A stretch of DNA of 40,238 nt from Candidatus Omnitrophota bacterium (lineage in GTDB: Bacteria; Omnitrophota; Gorgyraeia; JAGLLT01). Both the position numbers and the translations under genes were made by a program. Below, one piece after another: positions 20,812 to 27,575 of the stretch. Location of the stretch: assembly GCA_023140385.1 (NCBI GenBank), contig JAGLLT010000044.1, forward strand, positions 1 to 40,238, given 5' to 3'. The notes beneath the pieces are model-generated. The model was not told where the DNA came from, made no database searches, and was given only the letters and a program-made list of their open reading frames with translations. Numbering within the stretch: position 1 is the first letter of the stretch; every line of letters starts with the position of its first letter.

Positions 20812-21553
20812 CTTTCATCCCCACTAGCTTTTTTAATGAATCCACTTCCTTCTTTGACAGCTTCCTCGCCTCGCCTTTTTTTAAACTGCCCAACGTAAGG
20901 CCGCCCAGCCGCAGCCTCTTTAAAGCCAGTACCCTGTAGCCAAGAGCGGAAAACATTCTTCTTATCTGGCGCTTGATGCCCTGATGAATAGTTATCTCCA
21001 CCCTTGCCTCATCCGCCTTTTTATAAACCTTAACGAGCCGGGCCTCACCGGAAACCCGAGGGCCATCTTCAAGGCTGACTCCCCTCTTAAGCTTCCCTAT
21101 ATCCCTGCCGGATATCACCGGCTTGATAAGCGCTTCATAAACCTTGTCAATCTCAAATTTGGGATGAGTAAGCCTGTAAGTTAAGTCGCCGTTATTGGTT
21201 AAAATAAGCAGCCCTTCCGTATCCTTATCCAACCTGCCGACAGGATAGATCCTCTCCTTATCCTTCACTAAATCCATAACGGTTTTTCTGCCGTGAGTAT
21301 CCGTAACCGTCGAGAGGCAGTCTACGGGTTTATTTAAAAGATAATAGACGTACTCTTTATTAATACCGCCGTCATCCTTAATCCGCCTTTTGCCAATCCT
21401 TATAACGTCTTTTTCCGGCTCCACCTTATAGAGCGGATCAGAGACCACCACATTATTAACTGTCACCTCTCCACCTTTAATTAAGGACGCGCACTTACGG
21501 CGGGAGGCAACATCATTTTTGAGGAGAAATTTATAGAGGTCCGCTTTAGCCAC
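20804..21553 (-). CDS. rluB: RsuA/RluB-family pseudouridine synthase
   Basis: S4 domain (VASRRKC), NKP, YPVGRLDKDTEGL, LTHP and RQIRRM motifs. Confidence 0.85.
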   Translation of the reverse strand: MAKADLYKFLLKNDVASRRKCASLIKGGEVTVNNVVVSDPLYKVEPEKDVIRIGKRRIKDDGGINKEYVYYLLNKPVDCLSTVTDTHGRKTVMDLVKDKERIYPVGRLDKDTEGLLILTNNGDLTYRLTHPKFEIDKVYEALIKPVISGRDIGKLKRGVSLEDGPRVSGEARLVKVYKKADEARVEITIHQGIKRQIRRMFSALGYRVLALKRLRLGGLTLGSLKKGEARKLSKKEVDSLKKLVGMKDD

Positions 21554-21555
21554 TT

Positions 21556-24330
21556 TTAAGCCAATTCCTCTAAGTCTTTTTTCAAACTTTGCCGGCGAAT
21601 TTCAAATTCAACCTTCTTTTTTTTCATTTGTTCAATAGCTTTTTCGGGAGCCTTGTTCAAAAACCCTTTATTTTTAAGGTGGTTATCGGTCTTTAAAATT
21701 TCCTCATTTATTTTTTCTATCTCTTTTTTAAGCCTGGCACGCTCTATGCCAAAATCTTTCAACCCGCCTTCTATATATATAGACGCGCTCATAGCGGCTA
21801 CTTTTGACCCGACAGCTTCTTTTATTACTTCTTTTGACGGTACAATAAGTTCAACTTTAAGATGTGTTAGTTTTTCAACGTATTTTTTATACGTATTTAA
21901 TAAGTCTATTAAACCGGGATGGTTTGTTGAAATCCGAACCGTATGTTTTACGCGAAACTTTAAGCCTTCATTTCTTATTTTTAATACAATTTCTTTAATA
22001 CTGTCAAACTGCTCTCCGGCCGCCTCGCTAATCAGCTTCTTATCGGCCCCGGGCCAGGAACTTGTGGTAATGAGCTCCTCTTCTTTAGCCGGTAATTTCT
22101 GCCAAATCTCTTCCGTAATAAAAGGAACGTAGGGATGCAAAAGCTTCAGTATGGTTTTCAGGCAAACAAGAAGCACGCTCTGAGTAACCTCATCCTTAAT
22201 GTCTATCTTGGCTATCTCTATGTACCAGTCGCAAAACTTATGCCGGAAGAAGTCATAAAGCTTGCTGGCTGCTTCATAAAAACGGTACGCTCCAAAGGCT
22301 TCGTCAATATCCAGGATAAGCTGATTTAATTCACTTATAATCCACTTCTCAGCCAAATAAGAATCACCATCAGCTAATAATTTCTCTATATCTTTAAAAG
22401 AGATGTCTTGAGGTTTATTCTCTTCCAGATTCATAATAATAAAGCGAGACGCGTTCCAGATTTTATTCATCAGGTTCCTGCCAAACTCAAATTTATTTTC
22501 AGACAGATATAAATCCTCACCCGGTATAGAAATCAGGCTAAACCTGAGAGCATCCGCCCCATACTTTTCAATAACTTCCAGCGGGTCAATGGCATTACCC
22601 AGAGACTTACTCATCTTTCTTCCTTTATCGTCGCGGACGGTTCCATGAATATAAACGTCACTAAAAGGAATCTTCCCCATAAATTTAAGCCCCGACATTA
22701 TCATACGGGCAACCCAGAAAAATATAATCTCAGAAGCGGTAATCAAGCAAGAAGTAGGATAAAAATACTCTAAATCAGCATTCAGCACTTTTTTTTCTGC
22801 TGATGGCTGATGGCTGATGGCTGATGGCTCATTAAACGGCCAGCCAAAAACGGCAAACGGCCAGAGCCACGAACTAAACCATGTGTCAAGCACATCAGGA
22901 TCCTGAAATATCTCCTGAGACCCGCAATCAGGACACTTTCGCGGCTTATCCAAACCTACATGAATAATTCCGGTTTCTTTGTCTGATATCTCTAAAGGAA
23001 GTTTCAGTCTTTGAGCATGCCTGTTTTTTAAGTACTTATCATAACAATTTTTACAATACCAAACAGGTATTCTGTGACCCCACCATATCTGGCGCGATAT
23101 GCACCAGTCTCTTATATTTTCCATCCAGTTGACATAAATCTTATGCCAGCGCCTGGGATAAAAATTGATATTGCCCTTTTCTACCTCCTCAAGCGCCTTC
23201 CCGGACAGGGGCTTCATTCTCACAAACCACTGCTCGGAAAAGTAAGGCTCAATTACCGTATGACACCTGTAACAGTGCCCCACTGAATGCGTATGCGGCT
23301 CTATCTTTTCAAGCAGTTTTCTTTCTTTTAACTCCTCAATCAGAGCCTCTCTGGCTTCAAAGCGGTCCATGCCATCATAATTTTCCGTCGCGTTAGCGTT
23401 CATAGTGCCGTCGGGATTAATGCAAAGAATGCCATCCAGCTTATGGCGGTTACCCATCTCGTAATCATTGGGATCGTGAAAAGGTGTAACCTTAACTACC
23501 CCCGTCCCAAACTCAGGATCCACAAAATCATCGGCAATTATCTCAAGTTCTCTTTCAGCAATAGGCAGAATAACTTTTTTTCCTATTAAAGCCTTATACC
23601 TCTTATCATTCGGATTAACAGCTAACGCCGTATCTCCAAACATAGTTTCAGGCCGCGTAGTAGCAACTACAACATAGTCTGGTTTCTGGTTTCCGGTTTC
23701 TGGTTTCTTTCTCAATGGGTACCTAATGTAATAAAGATTTCCCTGTACTTCTTTATGCGGCGCTTCTTCATCGCTTAAGGCGCTTTGGCATCTGGGGCAC
23801 CAGTTAATAATATAGCTCCCTTTATAAATAAGGCCTTCATTATAAAGCCTCACAAAAACCTCATTAACCGCCTCAGAGTAGCCTTCATCAAGCGTAAAAC
23901 GCTCTCTCTCCCAATCACAGCTTGAGCCCATCTTTTTTAACTGCTCAATAATCTTTCCGCCGTTCTTACCGGTCCACTCCCACATCCTTTCAACAAACTT
24001 CTCGCGCCCCAGCTCATACCTCGTCTTCTTCTCCTTAGCGAGGTCTCTCTCCACCACGTTCTGCGTAGCAATACCCGCGTGGTCAGTACCGGGCACCCAT
24101 AAAGAGTTATATCCCTTCATTCTCTTATAACGGATTAGTATATCCTGGAGGGTATTGTTCAGGGCATGCCCCATATGAAGAATGCCGGTAACGTTGGGAG
24201 GAGGGATAACTATACAGTAAGGATCTTTATTGGGTGAACTTTCAGTATGAAAACAACCTTTTTCATTCCATATCTTAAACCACTTATCCTCAACATCCTT
24301 TGGAGTATATCTTGTCGAAAGATTTTCCAT
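21556..24330 (-). CDS. valS: Valine--tRNA ligase
   Basis: PPPNVTGILHMGH, GTDHAGIATQ, DWCISRQIWWGH and KMSKS motifs, plus the C-terminal coiled coil. Confidence 0.98.
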   Translation of the reverse strand: MENLSTRYTPKDVEDKWFKIWNEKGCFHTESSPNKDPYCIVIPPPNVTGILHMGHALNNTLQDILIRYKRMKGYNSLWVPGTDHAGIATQNVVERDLAKEKKTRYELGREKFVERMWEWTGKNGGKIIEQLKKMGSSCDWERERFTLDEGYSEAVNEVFVRLYNEGLIYKGSYIINWCPRCQSALSDEEAPHKEVQGNLYYIRYPLRKKPETGNQKPDYVVVATTRPETMFGDTALAVNPNDKRYKALIGKKVILPIAERELEIIADDFVDPEFGTGVVKVTPFHDPNDYEMGNRHKLDGILCINPDGTMNANATENYDGMDRFEAREALIEELKERKLLEKIEPHTHSVGHCYRCHTVIEPYFSEQWFVRMKPLSGKALEEVEKGNINFYPRRWHKIYVNWMENIRDWCISRQIWWGHRIPVWYCKNCYDKYLKNRHAQRLKLPLEISDKETGIIHVGLDKPRKCPDCGSQEIFQDPDVLDTWFSSWLWPFAVFGWPFNEPSAISHQPSAEKKVLNADLEYFYPTSCLITASEIIFFWVARMIMSGLKFMGKIPFSDVYIHGTVRDDKGRKMSKSLGNAIDPLEVIEKYGADALRFSLISIPGEDLYLSENKFEFGRNLMNKIWNASRFIIMNLEENKPQDISFKDIEKLLADGDSYLAEKWIISELNQLILDIDEAFGAYRFYEAASKLYDFFRHKFCDWYIEIAKIDIKDEVTQSVLLVCLKTILKLLHPYVPFITEEIWQKLPAKEEELITTSSWPGADKKLISEAAGEQFDSIKEIVLKIRNEGLKFRVKHTVRISTNHPGLIDLLNTYKKYVEKLTHLKVELIVPSKEVIKEAVGSKVAAMSASIYIEGGLKDFGIERARLKKEIEKINEEILKTDNHLKNKGFLNKAPEKAIEQMKKKKVEFEIRRQSLKKDLEELA
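22799..22829. repeat. (GCTGATG)4 heptamer tandem repeat inside valS
   Basis: Read directly; encodes EPSAISHQPSA. Confidence 0.9.
23678..23707. repeat. (TCYGGTT)4 heptamer tandem repeat inside valS
   Basis: Read directly; encodes KPETGNQKPD. Confidence 0.9.
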
Positions 24331-24359
24331 CGCGTCTTATTTTTCCTAAATAGTTTTTC

Positions 24360-24509
24360 TTAAGTAGATTGTGTCAAGTGCGCATGGTGCCGCGCCATAG
24401 CAATCTGTTCTCCAATGCAAAGATTTTGATATTCCTCATCAAACCTCTCGCGGAATTCTTTATCTTCCATTAGCTTGTCCATATAAGTTTTAGCTTTTCT
24501 CTTTTTCAT
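24360..24509 (-). pseudogene. Truncated HigA/XRE-type antitoxin
   Basis: MKKRKAKTYMDKLMEDKEFRERFDEEYQNLCIGEQIAMARHHAHLTQST*, stopping at the start of the HTH (LTQ). Confidence 0.7.
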
Positions 24510-24515
24510 AGACAG

Positions 24516-24638
24516 TCACTTATAATCAAGATCGCTTTCTTCAAGCCTCTTGCCCTCCTCCTCGTAGTGTCTTTTAAATTCTTTGTCTTTAAGTTCCCCC
24601 TTTAAGACATCTTTAAAATCTAAAAGCTTCCTAATCAC
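24516..24638 (-). pseudogene. Second truncated HigA-like antitoxin N-terminus
   Basis: GGAGG RBS and GTG start; MIRKLLDFKDVLKGELKDKEFKRHYEEEGKRLEESDLDYK*; shares the DKEF...EE motif with the neighbouring fragment. Confidence 0.6.
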
Positions 24639-24671
24639 TACAAACACCTCCCACAGTTCAAATTTACCCTG

Positions 24672-24746
24672 CTAATACCGCAGAATAAAGTCTTCCATAT
24701 TTTTCTTCGCCTGTTCAATCTCCCTCTCGGGCAATTCTTTCCGTCT
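24672..24746 (-). pseudogene. C-terminal fragment of a HigB/RelE (Gp49-like) toxin
   Basis: RRKELPEREIEQAKKNMEDFILRY*, resembling the KTxxxPxxEIxxAxxxxxD C-terminus; lies just upstream of the antitoxin fragment. Confidence 0.6.
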
Positions 24747-24751
24747 TCGGT

Positions 24752-24822
24752 GTTTGTGAAATTTTGCAAAGTAAAATTTGGGTGAGTGCCATTAAGCACG
24801 AACTTTTTATGCTATATTATGT
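24752..24822 (-). mobile_element. Degenerate attC (5' half only; R'' mutated to ACATAAT)
   Basis: ACATAAT-ATAGCATA parallels GTATAAC-ACAGCATA of the attC at 26116-26207; internal hairpins present; L'/R' missing. Confidence 0.6.
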
Positions 24823-24840
24823 GAAGTGATGCAAAAAAAA

Positions 24841-25263
24841 TCAGTCAACTATTTTTAATATCCTATAATTTGAAAATTTCAGCTTGGTGTTCTTGTACTC
24901 TAAGTCCCTCCTCATTTCTAATACCAACTCACCAAGCATATTTTTGGCAGTATTTTGATCATCAGGGTGTCCTTGTTCATTAGAATGGATAAACTCATCT
25001 AAAAGTTTATTAGCTTTAAGAACAACGCTATCAGAAGCGTAGAGCCAAGATTCTGATAATTCATTTAGAAAAAGCTGTTTATCCTTTTTATTGGCAGTAC
25101 CTTCCATGAAACCTTTCAAATAACGCAAAAGGTTTTGGTATTTTTCTCTCTTCCTTTCAAAAATTCTAGTTTCCCGCTCAGCCCTTTTCTCTAACCAGCT
25201 CTTGATAAAATAGCCACTAACACCACCAAAAATTAAGTAAATCAGGTTGCCAATGTTTTCCAT
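24841..25263 (-). CDS. Gene-cassette ORF: N-terminal TM plus helical domain, unknown function
   Basis: AT-rich, lies between attC sites; WLYASDSVV and ELVLEMRRDL motifs. Confidence 0.85.
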   Translation of the reverse strand: MENIGNLIYLIFGGVSGYFIKSWLEKRAERETRIFERKREKYQNLLRYLKGFMEGTANKKDKQLFLNELSESWLYASDSVVLKANKLLDEFIHSNEQGHPDDQNTAKNMLGELVLEMRRDLEYKNTKLKFSNYRILKIVD

Positions 25264-25305
25264 ATTTTACCCCATTTTGAGCAGATAATTTTTTTGCAAC
25301 ATTTC

Positions 25306-25385
25306 ATATAACGAAATGCAAAATTGCGAAGCGAAGCAATTTAGATACGCGACAATAAGAGCAAATCGCATATTCGCTGTTATAC
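25306..25385 (-). mobile_element. attC-like integron recombination site (80 bp)
   Basis: Minus strand GTATAAC-AGCGAATATGC...GCATTTC-GTTATAT, with internal hairpin AAATTGC-TTCGCTTC-GCAATTT. Confidence 0.75.
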
Positions 25386-25426
25386 AACCATAGCCCACCA
25401 TCTTTGAAACATACATCGCACTTCTT

Positions 25427-26095
25427 TTATTCTATATTACTTTTTCCAAGGTTGCATTTTTGGCACAGTGTTTGAAGATTTTCAAGTATAGTTTCTCCAC
25501 CCTTACTCCAAGGTTTTATATGGTCAACATGCAGTTCCACATTTTTATCTTTTGCAGGACTCACACCACATTGTTTACATGAAAAATTATCTCTTTTGAG
25601 GACCTTAAATCGTAAACGCAAAGATGGATCTCTATTTATTTTCTTTATACTATCCGAAATTTGAGGTGTTTCTATGTTTTGAATATCAGTTCCATTTGCA
25701 TATTTAACAAAAGATAGTAGTGTATATGACCAAGATTTGAACCGCCGGTTATATGGACTTTGAGAAATTTTTGAGGGCTTAAAATTCAAATCTTTTCGAA
25801 TAGGTTGTTTACCTTTATATTGCCAAATGTTTAATATGTTTTCAAATAATTCTTCGTCTGAATAATTAAAAATATTTCCTGGTTTCAAACCAACTTTTGA
25901 TAGTGCTTCTCTCCATGTCCCAAAACGTCTAGAGAAACTTGTAACATCATATTTTCCATATTCTAAATAAAGTTTTTGAGATAGAATATCTGTACCAAGT
26001 TTTTCTGCAACCTTTTTTAAATCATATAGCAACTTATCTGATTCAATTGGTGTATTTTTCGGTGGTGTGTATTCAAAATTATTCATATTTACCAC
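25427..26095 (-). CDS. HNH endonuclease with N-terminal homing-endonuclease-associated repeats (cassette ORF)
   Basis: RRFGTWREAL and RRFKSW repeats; LRFKVLKRDNFSCKQCG...LHVDHIKPWSKGG...NLQTLCQKCNLGKS. Confidence 0.92.
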   Translation of the reverse strand: MVNMNNFEYTPPKNTPIESDKLLYDLKKVAEKLGTDILSQKLYLEYGKYDVTSFSRRFGTWREALSKVGLKPGNIFNYSDEELFENILNIWQYKGKQPIRKDLNFKPSKISQSPYNRRFKSWSYTLLSFVKYANGTDIQNIETPQISDSIKKINRDPSLRLRFKVLKRDNFSCKQCGVSPAKDKNVELHVDHIKPWSKGGETILENLQTLCQKCNLGKSNIE

Positions 26096-26115
26096 TATTA
26101 TTTAGACAGTATGTT

Positions 26116-26207
26116 ATATAACATTCCCAGCATATGCAATGTGCGACCGAAGGGAGCATATCTCGAAGGGCAAGGGCAAAGCCCGTAGCGCATATGCTGT
26201 GTTATAC
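26116..26207 (-). mobile_element. attC integron recombination site (92 bp)
   Basis: Minus strand GTATAAC-ACAGCATATGC...GCATATGCTG-GGAAT-GTTATAT: R''/L''/L'/R' boxes with a palindromic core. Confidence 0.85.
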
Positions 26208-26235
26208 GCTGGTGCTGACTCTTCGTTATGCTCTC

Positions 26236-26679
26236 CTATTGTTTCCGGCCAACCAGATGCACTTTAGGAAAGAATCTATTTATATTTTTCCCCTTCCCAA
26301 AGAGATCTTGTCTCATTTCTTTTACAAGTTCAGTAAGTAAATCATCGTGTTTCCTTGTCCATTCTTCAGAATCTCGTGGAATAACAACATTCTCCATCTT
26401 TACAAAGTTATGAAACTCCATTAGTTTACTAACTACATTAGCATTTGCCATAAGAAGTAACGAGTTAAATCCTTCTGAAAGACTTTTTTGAGCATCATCA
26501 TCTTTATTATCAATAGCTACATCACTTAGTGCTTTGATAAATAATCTGTAAAATTCTTCTTTTAGCCTACACTCTTCCCGCTTTAATTGGTGCTTTTTAG
26601 TAAAATAATATGATAATGAAGCCGTGATTGCTGAAGCCAGTAATCCAATACTTGCTACGATAATTTCCGATAAATCCAT
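26236..26679 (-). CDS. Gene-cassette ORF: N-terminal TM plus helical domain, homologous to 24841-25263
   Basis: LLMANANVV and ELVKEMRQDL motifs; lies between attC sites. Confidence 0.85.
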   Translation of the reverse strand: MDLSEIIVASIGLLASAITASLSYYFTKKHQLKREECRLKEEFYRLFIKALSDVAIDNKDDDAQKSLSEGFNSLLLMANANVVSKLMEFHNFVKMENVVIPRDSEEWTRKHDDLLTELVKEMRQDLFGKGKNINRFFPKVHLVGRKQ

Positions 26680-26707
26680 TTTTCACCCTATTTTTGCTGG
26701 CACTTGC

Positions 26708-26771
26708 GTATAACTTAAAATAACCGAACTGCTTCGTTCATGCTTCCAAATCGGCACTTTTTGCGAAGCAA
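26708..26771 (-). mobile_element. 3' half of an attC site (R' GTTATAC)
   Basis: Minus strand TTGCTTCGCAA...CGAAGCAGTTCGGTTATTTTAA-GTTATAC, 28 bp before the cassette ATG. Confidence 0.6.
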
Positions 26772-26946
26772 TTCCTCTATTCCTAACTATATCTAAGTTT
26801 AGTCTTACCTTTCCGCTAACATCTCAGCCGCTTCCTTTATATCTTCTTGAAATATCCACTTTCGCTAAAAACTTCGACTGATAGGTATTCGTATAACATC
26901 TTAATATTCTCGTCACATCTACATATCTTAGATTTGTTTTGCGAGC

Positions 26947-27291
26947 TTAGCTTAAATCTTCCTTTATTTTTAAAATCTTAGCTTTTAAATCAACCATATC
27001 TTCTTTGACAACTTTCAGGGTTCGTTTTAGATTTACTCCAAAGTATTCATGGATAAGGATGTCCCGCATACCCGCAATTTGCTTCCATGGTACCCCTGGA
27101 TATTGATCTCGGAACTCATGGGGAATGTTTTTGACAGCCTCGCCAATAATTTCTAAGCGTCTTAAAATAGCATCCTGAATTAGAGTATTGTTATAAAAAT
27201 CGTCCTCGTTATTAAATCCCTTCATATACTCTTCTATCTTTACAATGGCCTCTAATATATCTTCAATATACACTCGTACATCTCTTTTCAT
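26947..27291 (-). CDS. hepT: HepT-like HEPN ribonuclease toxin (DUF86)
   Basis: [23 protein letters not shown] and [13 protein letters not shown] (RX4HXY) motifs. Confidence 0.92.
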   Translation of the reverse strand: MKRDVRVYIEDILEAIVKIEEYMKGFNNEDDFYNNTLIQDAILRRLEIIGEAVKNIPHEFRDQYPGVPWKQIAGMRDILIHEYFGVNLKRTLKVVKEDMVDLKAKILKIKEDLS

Positions 27292-27575
27292 AAAAGCACC
27301 ACCTGTTCTTTGAGAATCCTTTCCTTAAGAAGGGGTTTGAGGGTGTCGTATTCTACTAAATCTACTTTCCGTCCCAGGGCCTCTTCGATTTTTTGTTTAA
27401 GCCCTACAAAACCAAGCAGGCTGATATCTGCCCTGATATCTATTAAGATATCAACATCACTCTCCTCTTTCATCTCACCCCGAACACAAGAGCCAAAAAG
27501 GGCTACTTTTTTAACTTCATAATCTTGCAGAATAGGAAGAATCTTTTGTTTTATTCCTTCAATATTTTCCGTCAT
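27288..27575 (-). CDS. mntA: MntA-like minimal nucleotidyltransferase antitoxin
   Basis: LFGSCVRGE...SDVDILID (GSX10DXD) and LGRKVDLV motifs; overlaps hepT. Confidence 0.92.
   Translation of the reverse strand: MTENIEGIKQKILPILQDYEVKKVALFGSCVRGEMKEESDVDILIDIRADISLLGFVGLKQKIEEALGRKVDLVEYDTLKPLLKERILKEQVVLL

Noticed and set aside
26134..26413. Plus-strand ORFs of 68 aa and 61 aa
   Set aside because: They run across the attC palindrome and antisense to a cassette gene, so they are better explained as chance frames.
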